DNA of 64,000 bases from Ranitomeya imitator (Eukaryota). Made by a program: the position numbers and the translations under genes. Shown piece by piece: positions 24,438 through 36,546 of the stretch (its first letter is position 1; the number at the start of each line of letters is the position of its first letter). The notes under the pieces were generated by a model. It was not told the DNA's origin. It saw only the letters and a program-made list of their open reading frames with translations, and did no database searches. The stretch lies in contig NC_091282.1 in the NCBI RefSeq assembly GCF_032444005.1, forward strand, positions 519,250,001 to 519,314,000, in the 5' to 3' direction.

Positions 24438-25153
24438 AGGGAGTCTGTCGCCCGTTTTTTTTCGATTTGAGATATGGTTCAATTGTGCATGAGCTCTGCA
24501 TTACAGCAGTACCTTTCATATCCCCCGATTTCAGCCCCCTTTGAGAAAATACCTTTGTAATCTCTCCGTTTTCCTATGTAAATTACCCCGGTCCAATGGG
24601 CGGGGCCTATTCACCGTCTTTCCCCGCTCCTCAGCGTTCTCGACGTAATGAGATCGGTGAATAGCACAGATGCCATACAGTTTCTGCGCGTGCGCATTGA
24701 ATTGGCCTCTAGTGCCTGCACAGTATGCTTTGCCCAACTGTGGTCAAAGCATAAAATCACTGTTGCGCATGCGCCCGCATTTTTCATTACGTTCTATTCC
24801 CCCTTGCATGGCAAGACTTCCGGGGCACAGAACGTAATGTAAAATGGCGCATGCGCATTAATGATTTTTATGCTTTGCCCACTGTTGGGCAAAACATACT
24901 GCGCACGCGCGAGAGGCCACTTCAATGCGCAGGAAAGAGTGTAGAGCAAGGCAGGAAGTGGGGAGAAACGGCGAATAGGCCCTGCCCATCAGACCGGGGT
25001 AATTTACATAGGAAAACGGAGATATTACAAAGGTATTTTCTCAGCAAAGGTGGGGAATCGGGGGATATGAAAGGTACTCCGGTAATGCAGAGCTCAGGCA
25101 CAATTGAACCATATTTTTATCTCCAATCGAAAAAAAGGGGTGACAGGTTCCCT
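24438..25153. mobile_element. T2/Kolobok-type MITE
   Basis: TTAA|AGGGAGTCTGTCGCCC ... GGGTGACAGGTTCCCT|TTAA with long inverted arms. Confidence 0.85.
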
Positions 25154-26421
25154 TTAAGTAAAGATGAGGACAATGCTATAATAAGCAATAGATTAGCAGA
25201 ATATTTTACTATACCTTGAATTGAAATATGGGGAAACTATATAGGTATAGACAGTTTCTGTGTATCCATACACTTGGCACTCTGCACCCTGTGTGCCAAG
25301 ATATGTGCCATCTGTGAATATATAGAATGTAAGCTGCATTTGGTGGCCGTCGTGTATCGTCCAATATATGTGCCACGTAGCTTCATGTTGTGAGTGTATT
25401 CCATAAATCCGCAATGCCTGCATACATCCTGGCGCTCAGTGCTGCTGTATGCTCCTGTCTGTACATGGCCGCTTGCACCTGTTCACACTGGCCTCATGCT
25501 GTTAGGAGGTGCTGGTCAGGTTTCTGTTTCTTCGTAGTGTGGAGGTGGTGATGACTGCTTCCATAGTTGGCTGAGCTCTTCCCCAATCAGTCTTGGGCAT
25601 CTATTGGACACGTCCATGGTTTAATGGGCAGCACACTGATCCATAGTTTATAATTGATCCATACACGCATCCTTTTTAAAAAAAAAAAAAAACCGATCCA
25701 TGTGTTTGATGTGAGACTCTGAGATTGTCCTATTGTCATCCATTTTGCGGAACAACCATTAAAGTCTACAAGGGTCAGTTAAAAATGGATGGAAAGCGGA
25801 TGACTTTCTTGGAAGTAATATTGATGTGCCACCTCCATTTTTAACTGGTGCATTGCTGACAGTTGGTGATAAAATAGTTAATTTGCTTCAGTTTTTGAAA
25901 GAAGGTCCCTTCAAAAAGGTTTTGTTGTTTTTTTTTTTTTTGTGTGCAAGATATGGGTTCATTTTTGAACAAAGTTCTTCAATTTTCCAATTCTTTTCTC
26001 TAAAGCAGTAATGCAGTGTACCTTGTGCATAAATCTTGGCGCCCTCTTTGTATATGCTGCCATCCCAGCAGCTTTCCCCTGTTCACATTGGCTTCGTTTG
26101 ATCAGGGTTTTTTTTTTTTCTCTCATGCAACCAATTTAGTGAAGATGAAGTTCACTAATATAATGGGAAACCTCCTCCCAAAGGAACAATCTTTTAGTAT
26201 CTTTGTTTTCCAATGTTTCCTTTAGTGCCGTGATTGAGGCCATTTTAAACAGAACTGTATTTAATAGCCTTGTACCGTAATTATCCCATGATTCATTAGC
26301 TCGCATATGGATTTTAGAATAAATTCGAAGACCAATTACAGAATCTGGTCATGTGACCCTTTTATTGATGAAAGGGGGTATCCAGCCATGAAAATCTAAA
26401 ACTGGAGCCATACTCCCCTAC

Positions 26422-26931
26422 TAGGGTTGAGCGACCTTGACTTTTTTAGGGTCGAGCCGAACCCGACTATCTCAAAAGTCGAGTCGAGTGAAATCGGCCG
26501 ATTATGGCGAAAAGTCNNNNNNNNNNNNNNNNNNNNNNNNNNNNNNNNNNNNNNNNNNNNNNNNNNNNNNNNNNNNNNNNNNNNNNNNNNNNNNNNNNNN
26601 NNNNNNNNNNNNNNNNNNNNNNNNNNNNNNNNNNNNNNNNNNNNNNNNNNNNNNNNNNNNNNNNNNNNNNNNNNNNNNNNNNNNNNNNNNNNNAAGCGAC
26701 AACATGGCGATAGGTCTTAGGGGCGTGGACGCCTATGTCATCACTCTGCCCACGCCCCTTCATTGGCTGAAAAAAATGGCGCCAAGCGCGTCATACGAAA
26801 CGCGACTTTGGCGCGAAAGTCGCGTACCGCATGGCCGACCCCACACAGGGATCGGGTCGGGTTTCATGAAACCCGACTTTGCCAAAAGTCGGCGACTTTT
26901 GAAAATGAACGATCCGTTTCGCTCAACCCTA
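26422..26931. mobile_element. hAT-type MITE containing an N gap
   Basis: TAGGGTTGAGCGA ... TCGCTCAACCCTA with a perfect 8-bp TSD TCCCCTAC. Confidence 0.9.
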
Positions 26932-27636
26932 TCCCCTACCAATCCCCCTCGCCCCTCTGATTTCCACTCTTCTGACCCTTTTCCGGTCTCTAGTTTCCCA
27001 CAGCTGATAACACGTTGTCTAATTTCATGTGTCCTGCAGCCAATCATTGCCTGCAGCAGTCACATTGCAGTTGATCAGATGCCATCTGAGAAATAGCCAT
27101 TGGCATTGGGGGATGGGCACATCATACACTGAGCTGCAGGGTATAGTAAAGATGCTTTTAGAAGTGGTCTATATCTGTGTCTTTATAAAGGAACAATATA
27201 GAAGGCTATGCTATTCCATCCTTTCCATTGGAATCCTATGTATGACGTCTGAGGCATCAGTTTAGCATACCTTTTCCTATGTATCGGTTTAATGGAAGCT
27301 GTAAGTGATGTGAGCACAGCCTAAACCGTTCAGGAGCGTCTGTCATGGGTTAAAACGAGCTTGTGTATTGCGCTGTAAATTGTGCCAATGTGGTGATGAC
27401 TGAGTATGTCCTACTCCCAGTCGTAAGAACTCGCGTACAATGTGTTGGAAAGTACATAATGAAGGCATTCCCAACATATCGCACCCGCGAGGTCACGTAA
27501 AGCGTGTTAGGAACCTGGGAGGAGGCTGTGCTGGTATGTAGAGAGGAGCGCAGGCATGGACTTGCACCAGCGAACTCAAGGAAGAATAGGATTTTCCCAT
27601 CCAGATTTTTCCACTCCTATTTACTATTATGTTCTC

Positions 27637-28306
27637 TAGTGATGAGCGAACGTGCTGGGATAAGGTGTTATCTGAGCATGCTTGGGTGCTAACGGAGTGG
27701 CTTCCGCATGCTCTAATAGTATGTTCGGGCCCCCGCTGCTGCATGTCTCGTGGCTGTTCGACACCCACAACCCATGCAGGGATTGCCCGCGAGACATGCA
27801 GCCGCGGGGACTCGAACATATTATTCGAGCACGCCGAAGACACTCTTGGCGCACGAGCATGCTCAGATAACACCTTAAGCTACTTTCACACTAGTCCATC
27901 GGTACGGGCCGTCACAAACCATCGGCCCGACGGACAGTGTGATTGATTAGCGCAACGTGGGCAGCGGATGCAGGTTTACAATGCATCCGCTGCCCATTGT
28001 GAGTTCCGGGGAGGAGGGGGCGGAGTCTTGGCCGCGCATATGCGGTCGAATATGGAGGACCCGACGCACAAAAAAAGTTACATTGAACTTTTTTGTTCGT
28101 CGCGGCCGCCAAAAACACGACGCATCCGTAGCACGGCGGACGCGACGTGTGGCAATGTGTCGCTAATGAAAGTCTATGGAGAAAAAACGCATCCTGTGGG
28201 CAACTTTTCAGGATGCGTTTTTTTTTTCCAAAACGACGCATTGCGACGTCCGTCACACGACGCTAGTGTGAAAGTAGCCTTATTCCAACACGTTCACTCA
28301 TCACTA
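27637..28306. mobile_element. hAT-type MITE (TAGTGATGAGCG family) interrupted by a Harbinger MITE
   Basis: TAGTGATGAGCGAACGTG ... CACGTTCACTCATCACTA with a perfect 8-bp TSD ATGTTCTC. Confidence 0.9.
27878..28279. mobile_element. Harbinger-type MITE nested in the hAT MITE
   Basis: TTA|AGCTACTTTCACACTAG ... CTAGTGTGAAAGTAGCC|TTA. Confidence 0.85.
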
Positions 28307-28575
28307 ATGTTCTCATTTTCATGTTCCCCGGTTAACATTTAGGGCATGTGTATTAAATATTTTGGCATACCTCTGTAAACACAATTGTCCTGGTGCTACA
28401 TAATCATCTCCTTTTCTATGCCATGTACCCGTGGTAAATGCCACTCATTGGTCATGCATTTTCTAAGGTTCAAGCAAAGGTTTTGTTTGGTTTCTGTTGC
28501 CATACTTTAAACCAAATGAGATTTTAGTCACAAATTTAGTGAAGGGAATTCTATCCCCACATATACAGTGCAGCA

Positions 28576-29150
28576 GTGTTGCGCCTGTGTGGATGCGGCG
28601 GTGTTGCGCCTGTGTGGATGCGGCGGTGTTGCGCCTGTGTGGATGCGGCGGTGTTGCGCCTGTGTGGATGCGGCGGTGTTGCGCCTGTGTGGATGCGGCG
28701 GTGTTGCGCCTGTGTGGATGCGGCGGTGTTGCGCCTGTGTGGATGCGGCGGTGTTGCGCCTGTGTGGATGCGGCGGTGTTGCGCCTGTGTGGATGCGGCG
28801 GTGTTGCGCCTGTGTGGATGCGGCGGTGTTGCGCCTGTGTGGATGCGGCGGTGTCGCGCCTGTGTGGATGCGGCGGTGTCGCGCCTGTGTGGATGCGGCG
28901 GTGTTGCGCCTGTGTGGATGCGGCGGTGTTGCGCCTGTGTGGATGCGGCGGTGTCGCGCCTGTGTGGATGCGGCGGTGTCGCGCCTGTGTGGATGCGGCG
29001 GTGTTGCGCCTGTGTGGATGCGGCGGTGTTGCGCCTGTGTGGATGCGGCGGTGTTGCGCCTGTGTGGATGCGGCGGTGTCGCGCCTGTGTGGATGCGGCG
29101 GTGTCGCGCCTGTGTGGATGCGGCGGTGTCGCGCCTGTGTGGATGCAGCA
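28576..29150. repeat. 25-bp minisatellite, 23 copies
   Basis: GTGT(T/C)GCGCCTGTGTGGATGCGGCG with exact 25-bp spacing and no spacers. Confidence 0.97.
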
Positions 29151-32100
29151 CCCTTATTGAATCTTTTACAAGTGGATGACAACTGGACTTGTGAGCAGAG
29201 CCTAAGGATGCATTCACACATAGCTGTCGCATTGCTTTTTATTCTTTTTTTCCACTGCAAGTTTCCTAAAAAGACATATGACTTATATTTACGCCATATG
29301 TCTTGTCCCTGACTTTGATGCGGGATCAGACACTGAGACATAACTGATGTCATTAGATGTCATGTGCCTTTAACAGCCGGATCTGAGGACCTCCCGTGGC
29401 TGTTAACCAGGTAAATCCCTCTGTCAATCTGACGAGATTGAACAAGTGCCAGCCAAAACGCGTTATTCTGGCTGCCTATTGGCACCCCGTCATGTGATCA
29501 CAGGACTCCGATGGGTTGTCATGACAGCCAGGGGTCTGCAGAAGACCCCCATGCCTGTCATTACTGTACTCATGTAAATGACAGCTTGTGGCTGGCTTTC
29601 ATAGGAAACTGTGATTTCTGCTATACAAAGCAGTGCTGCAGCAATATAACGTATAGCACAGGCAATCAGATGGTCGCAGCTTCCGGTCTCCTTAGAAGAC
29701 TATTAAATCAAGTAAAAAAAAGACTGAAAAAAATACAAGTTCAAATCGGCTCCCTTTATCCCATTTGAAAATTATAACTGCTTAAAAAAAAAAAAGCTAA
29801 TATTTGGTATCGCTGCGTTCTTAAATGTCCAATCTATCAAAATCATCGTCCTCATGAGGCTTATGCATGGGGCTTATGGTTTTTCCAGCTTGCAAAATAT
29901 GATGGGTTCTGTAATGCTGCTGGCCCATTGTACTTAGAAATAAGTGTGGGGGAAAAAATGTAATGCCATTTATCGCTTCCAAAATTTTCTAACACAGGGT
30001 ATTAAACCTTTTTATAACTTTTTTTTTTTTTTTTTTTTAAATATCTTCCAGCCCTTTTAAGTACATCAGATTGGTGGGGGCCTGGTTTCCTTACACCCCT
30101 AGGAGGTGCTTGCCTCATGAGACAGACTGTGCACCACGCCTGCCTGAGAGTGTGTAAAGTAATACATTCAGTAGAAAATCTATGCTACAAAGCCTAAGCC
30201 TTCTAACAGAAAAGGATGACAATTCTATATGAAAGTGTAGACCAAGGGAGGTGTGTATTGGGGATTTTATCTTTTTTTGGATGCATGAAATCAGACCGTG
30301 GCATTTCATACAAGTGACTTTCGGTAAATGGAATTACTGAATTTTCCTCAGGATTGGTCATCCATGTCAGATTGGTGGTCCCACACCCAGTACCCCCGCT
30401 ATTCAACTGTTCTGAGCTCCTGTGGCCTTATACACACAGTTACAGAACGGTTCATCTCCCCTCACGGTGTATTGGCCATCCTCTAGGAGCTGAGCTAAGA
30501 ATGGCCAGATTGGTGGGGGTGCTGGCTGTTAGACCCCAACGGAAGTGATATTGATGACCATAAATACGAGCTAGCTTCAGAAGACCCCTTTTATGTATTC
30601 TGCTTTGTAGTATAAGGTTAGAGTACCGTCTATATAGCCGTGAGAAAATAATTGGTCACACACTGTAACCTATGCTTAATTGGCATGTAGGTGTTACCGT
30701 TCTGGTCAGTCAATGGTTTCCCTTCACACCCTAACACTATCGGCAGTGACCTGACACTGGCATTGTGTTGGGACAATGAGCTTCTACAAAAATAATGAGA
30801 ATACCAAGTTGTCTTGTTTCCAGGAGGAGTGTTACTGGAACAGACGTACCAGGGGGATATAACAGAGTATGGTGGTTGTTCTTCTCACCCTAATCTTGTG
30901 ACCATGTTGGTACTCTGTAGCTGACTGAGGGGAGCTCCACCTTACCTGCCGGAGTCCTCGGTGCCTCTTCTGGTTTGTAGGCCTCGTGCTGTGCCATCCT
31001 TGTGGAGTGATGCACCATGAATGACGTTGTGCCATGGATTCCAGCAGGTAGCTAGTGCTTGCAGATGGCTGCTGGCCCAGGTCCTGTGAATCCATTCGCT
31101 CTTCTCGAATTATTCTGTATGAGATCACTGTTATTCTTTTCTAATGTGCTTGTCCCTTACGGACAATACAAGTGGCCTCCTGCCTTTCACCACGCGGTTA
31201 GGTGTTCACTCTTGTTCTGTAGTTTTCCATATTTTAGGACTGGAGTTAACAAAAGAGAACAATTTATTGTTTTAGATGTTCCTAGCTTTCTGCATCATGG
31301 AGGGCAATATTGTACGTGGGCTGGTGGAGATTGTGTGCCACGGCTGCCTTTTGGTTCCAATCCGGCCCTGGCTGCATACCACACACCTTGTGTCCACAAT
31401 TTGCTGACATAAGTAGCCCATAAATGAACGAACGCAGATAATCCTAGCCTCTCAAATCTGCTTAAAAATGTAGCCTGTAGTGTCTATCACCACCTAAGGT
31501 AAGAGCTGGTTGTCCTGGAACAGCGGCTTGGCCTTCTCTGGTTATATTCCTATTTCTTTATTTTTGCAATGAGTATCGGTCGATTTTAAAAATAAATAAA
31601 AATAAATTAAAAAAACTAAATAAAATAAAACAAAAAAAAAATCTTTAAAATCTTCCACCTGCATTAAATACATATTGGCACGTTTTATGTAACTTTCCAC
31701 AGTGCAAGAACCTGAGACCTAATATGTGGCTCAGACTGGCCCATAGGTAAGCGGGTGAATTACCTGGCGGGCCCCCCGCATGGGCAGTATTTACAAACAG
31801 AGGCAGCATCTCCTCATTCATTTAATGACCTTTCCAATGTATTATTATTACATAAAGACATAGGTGCATTTGTGAACATGGCAGAATAGTGGGCACCCAT
31901 TATCAATGGTGCTGGTGTGGTCCGACACTGCCTGGAAGTGTATGGCAGCTTGTGCTTTGTGACGGGAGCTCTGCTGACTCACTTCTGGGAAACAATAACT
32001 ATGTACGGCCATTGTTTCAGCTTCTCCTGACATATTATTACAATGTGGAATGATGCCAATGTCCAGGAATGTAACAACGCTGGAATAATGTTTAACCTGA

Positions 32101-34356
32101 GAAGTTAAAAGCCAAGAAGATTACTAAGGCAGGCCAAAACAATAATATACCAGGTCACATTAGCAAGCATTTTGTTGGCCAGTGATTGATGAGCCGGTGA
32201 CTGATTGACTAGCCCAAACTTCACACCTCCCGCATCCATGTGTATACATTTGTTACTCAGTTTCTGTCCTTTTCTGTTGGATGAGTGCTTGTGCTGATGT
32301 AAGTGGCGAAAAATTGGAGCAATGGGTGAACGCTGCTTTGACTCAGGAGAACCGCATTTGTGTATGAAATGGGTATCTGGTTTATTAAAGGGAACATGTT
32401 ATCTATCTTTGTATATTGCCAGCATATTTCACAGCACAAGTACACGCAAAAATTGTTCTTTATAGAGCAACGGTCATCACATATACCCTCTACACTACTT
32501 TATGTATTATTATTAATATTATTATTATTATTATGACACTTTTTGATAGTGTGATTCCAAAATGGATATGTCCAGTTGTTGCTTGTGGAAAAATATCATG
32601 GCAAATTCCAAAAAGTCTCTGCAGTCACGAAATCTGGAGTAAATTATTTTTTAATCGATCAACAAATTTCATAAAACGCGTTTCAGCCCATCCCAGCTGG
32701 CTAAAGCCTGGCATGGACTGAAACGCATCCTATGAAATTTCTTAGAATGATTTAAAAATAATTTTATTCCAGATTATGCGAGTGCTGGAACTTCAGGAAA
32801 GGTGTATTTGGTTACACGTTCCATTAAAGGGATTTTCGTCTTTCTGGATAGTCTTGGCCTCAGTCACAGAGGAGCGTTAAAAGCCTGCCTTGCTTGACCG
32901 TGTGTCTGGCGTGACCTCGACAATGCTAAAGTCAGTGACTGAGCTCAGTGGCTTGTGTTGTCATCATTGGCGGATAGTCCACCAGTATCTGGTCAGCTGA
33001 TGAAGCTGCTCCAGGATCATCCAAGAACTTCCCTCCATTAACAGCTGATTGGTGGAGGTGTCGTGCCCAGGGCTGCGAAGTCGGTAAGTAAACCTCCGAC
33101 GCCTCAATTTCCATGACCCCCAACTCCACCAAAATGGGCTCTGACTCGTCAGCCCTGGTCGCACCTCCACTGGTCAGATATTGATGGGCTGTCCCAAAGA
33201 GAGGCCACCAAGAAAAGAGCAACCTCTCGAACTAGTGAAATATGGTGGTCATGATTAGTTTTTCCTATATTTTTATTTGCATGATCAGATACTTGCTTGT
33301 GTATTTGTATTGTTTAGCTGCAGGGTAATGTAAGAGGAGTGCTGAACATGTCAATGGAGGGTAATAGGCTGGCTCTAGAGAGGTGGTCATCCAGAGAACA
33401 GGCATGCAATTTAATAGCCAAGTTTCCTTCTAGTAGAACGTGACCCTTTAACCCTATAAAACATGCCACTTAAATTCTTTCTCCTGAGCAGCTGTTTTTT
33501 AAAGGTTTATTGTGACCACACAGCAGGAATTTATCAGCCTAACATGATAAAATGTCATGCCTGGGCCCTTGGCTTCCCAGATTGCCAGATGCTTTATTAA
33601 TATCATATCATTTGTTTTTATTTCTGTCTCTGGCATATTGGGCTTTGTTAATTGCAGTTTGCTTCTAATGCACAAAGATCCTTTTACTTTTTAAGCCATC
33701 TGGGCCTAAAGTGGTGCAAAATTTCCGATTTTCCGAATTTTGAGACTTCCCAAATGTCAGTTTGTTTAACCTTGTATTTTAGAACCTGAATGATCGCTAT
33801 AATGATTGCAGTCAGTGGGACCCACAAATGAGGCTCTATACTGAGCAAATACTATATATGTAAAATTGTGAAAACTAGAACTGGTGCTATTTTATTAAAG
33901 ATGGCCCTGACATGATTAGAATGACAAGGGGAAAATCCATCTAAAATGTGTAGTTTATTATTCAGATTGTTTGGTTTTATGGCAAGTGTCTTGTTAAAAG
34001 AAGAGTGATGGTTACAATATCACTTACCAAATGAATCGTATTGAAATTGTGGTAAACAAAAGCGTCTTTATCTGATTTGTGATGTTTCATGTTTGTGTAG
34101 TTGTCATTTGTATTCCCATCCATTAAGTAAATGAGCTGACCAAGCAAGGAACTAGATTGACTTTAAGTAGACCTTTGTTTGCCAAGATGACCATGGGAAG
34201 TTCAATGTTCTCAGAAACTCCACGGTTTGGATGAATACATCACAAAGAATGGCTTTCACGTGTTGTCCCAGCCCATGCTGCATGGTGGCTCATTAATTGG
34301 CACTAGGGTGCTGGGTTCAGATACCACCAGGGACTGTTGTGCCAGGCCTTGAAGCA

Positions 34357-34560
34357 TGGTGGGTCAGTGGTTGGCACTTTCTTTGCAATATTGGGGTCCT
34401 GGATTCAAATCGCACCCAGGTCAACATCTGGAAGGAGTTTATGGGTTTCCGCTGGGTACTCCAGTTTCCCCCCACACTCCAAGATCCTACTGATGGGCTC
34501 ACAATCTACCGTAATTACCCTAATGGGGTCAGTGAATTTAATGGTGCTATATAATTACGG
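34357..34560 (+). mobile_element. tRNA-derived SINE (V-SINE-like), degenerate
   Basis: Box A-like TGGGTCAGTGG, box B-like GGATTCAAATC, then the core GGGTTTCCGCTGGGTACTCCAGTTTCCCCCCACACTCCAAG. Confidence 0.75.
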
Positions 34561-34618
34561 TAAGTAAAATAGTTTGGTGTGCAATGGCTTGCATCATGGG
34601 TCGCTAACTATCTTTTAA

Positions 34619-35058
34619 AGGGAACCTGTCACGTGAAAAAAAAAAACCCCACTGTTAATCTGCAGGTTTAGTGTTCTGACACTGTGTGGCACCTGCAATT
34701 GGACCACCTCGCTGCCGGGAAGAAGTGAACTTTATTCTTCCAGCTAGCGTTCCGGTTTTAGTCCCTCTGATTGCACTAGCACAGTGATCTGCAGCTGTAA
34801 CAGTGCCCCGGCACTGACTGACAGCAGCTCAACACTAGGGCTGGCTGTCAGTCAGTCAGTGCGGGGGTTGCAGCCGCCGCTCTATACAGTGAGCCGTAAC
34901 TGAAACATACTGGCGCCACCCGTATAAGAGAAGTTAGACCCCTCCTGCTGCTGGGAGAAAATGTAGTTCAGGTGCTGCACAGTGTCGGAACGCAATTAAC
35001 CTGCAGATTAACCCATTATCTGCAGGATAATGGCTTTTTTTCACATGACCAGTTCCCT
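34619..35058. mobile_element. T2/Kolobok-type MITE
   Basis: TTAA|AGGGAACCTGTCACGTGAAAA ... TTTTCACATGACCAGTTCCCT|TTAA. Confidence 0.85.
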
Positions 35059-35062
35059 TTAA

Positions 35063-35392
35063 AGGGACACTGTCACCTGAATTTGGAGGGAACAATCTTC
35101 AGCCATGGAGGCGGGGTTTTTGGGTTTTTTATTCACCCTTTCCTTACCCGCTGGCTGCATGCTGGCTGCAATATTGGATTGAAGTTCATTCTCTGTCCTC
35201 CATAGTACACGCCTGCGCAAGGCAAGATTGCACCTTGTGCAGGCGTGTACTATGGAGGACAGAGAATGAACTTCAATCCAATATTGCAGCCAGCATGCAG
35301 CCAGCGGGTAAGGAAAGGGTGAATCAAACACCCAAAAACCCCGCCTCCATGGCTGAAGATTGTTCCCTCCAAATTCAGGTGACAGTGTCCCT
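35063..35392. mobile_element. T2/Kolobok-type palindromic MITE sharing a TTAA with the previous element
   Basis: TTAA|AGGGACACTGTCACCTG ... CAGGTGACAGTGTCCCT|TTAA with near-perfect arms of about 155 bp. Confidence 0.9.
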
Positions 35393-36448
35393 TTAAAGAT
35401 TTTTCTCATTAATTATAAATGGAGAAAATTCAAAAGTGCTTGATAAAACAAGCATCTTTGCAATATGCTTCTTATTAAATATCCCCTCATCTCCATACGA
35501 GAAGGGTTTTTACTTCTATAGGCGGCTGCTTATATTCCCAGCCACTGCTACAGACACAGTACATCAGCAGTGCTCGGTCTGCTAAGCAATGAGCGCAGTG
35601 CTTACAAACTCTTTGAAGAACTGGTATAGGCTGCTTTGGAAGCTGAATCCTATGGCTTCACAACCTCTGCTTTACTCTCTGGCGTAATTAAAAGCAGCTT
35701 TGGATTTCCAGCAAGAGTGCACAATTTGGTGCAGCGGTGAAACCATGCTGGTTGTCTAAACTTGTCAATCATGATGCTGTATTGCGGTGCATGGATCAAA
35801 GATGAGCACAACCGTTTATACTTGCTATAAACATAAGGCTGCCATAGACTTAAGGTAAGTCAGCCAAACACATCAATGCCCGTGGGATTGGCCGACAGTG
35901 CCAGTGTGTGTCTCTCCCACCAACAGCCGATGTTGGGTATGTTCCCACAGTCAGTGTTTTTGTTCAGGTTTTCACGCAGCTAAATTAAAGCACATCTGCT
36001 CATTTGTTTTTTTGACTCATTCATTTTTTTAAGGCTAGATAGAAATGGAGTAGATTGATATCTGTGAGATTAATTAGTGCCTTCTGTATGTAGATTACTC
36101 TACCTAATAAATTATTACTTTAAAAAAATATATATATATATCGGGTCCTCATTTTTTGAAAACCAGCCCTGGTATAAGTCAGCTGCGGGCTTATATTATC
36201 AGTATGGAAATGTCCATGGTTATTGGGCCTTCTCAGCTTAAAAATACCAGCCCTCAGCCGCCCTAGAATTAGCCCATCACATTGGATGCACCAATTCTAG
36301 AACTTTGCCTGGCTCTTCCCGATTGCCTTGGTGCAGGGCAATCGGGGTAACATTTTCCCGGGTTGATGTCAGCTTTGTAATATCAGCTGACATCAAGCCC
36401 AGGCGATAGTAATGGAAAGGCGTCCAACTAACCCAGTAAGTTTAAAAT

Positions 36449-36474
36449 GGGGGGGGGGGGGGGGGGGCACACAA

Positions 36475-36542
<68 letters not shown>
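36449..36542. repeat. G19 homopolymer followed by an (AC)30 microsatellite
   Basis: G run at 36449-36467; AC repeat at 36483-36542. Confidence 0.95.

Positions 36543-36546
<4 letters not shown>

Noticed and set aside
26427-27096. ORFs spanning N runs (also 20944-21729 and 47032-47346)
   Set aside because: Their length is inflated by X residues from assembly gaps.
28576-29150. CRISPR-like array
   Set aside because: The units are contiguous with no unique spacers, no cas genes are present and the context is eukaryotic. It is a minisatellite.
28463-29353. Long ORFs of 194-296 aa on both strands
   Set aside because: They arise because the 25-bp unit has no stop codon in these frames. There are no splice or homology signals.
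32932-33222. 96-aa minus-strand ORF as a retroviral RT or hAT transposase fragment
   Set aside because: I could find no diagnostic motif in any frame.
34357-34440. tRNA genes (also near 49460 and 62760)
   Set aside because: The box A/B motifs are followed by a SINE core and tail, with no complete cloverleaf.
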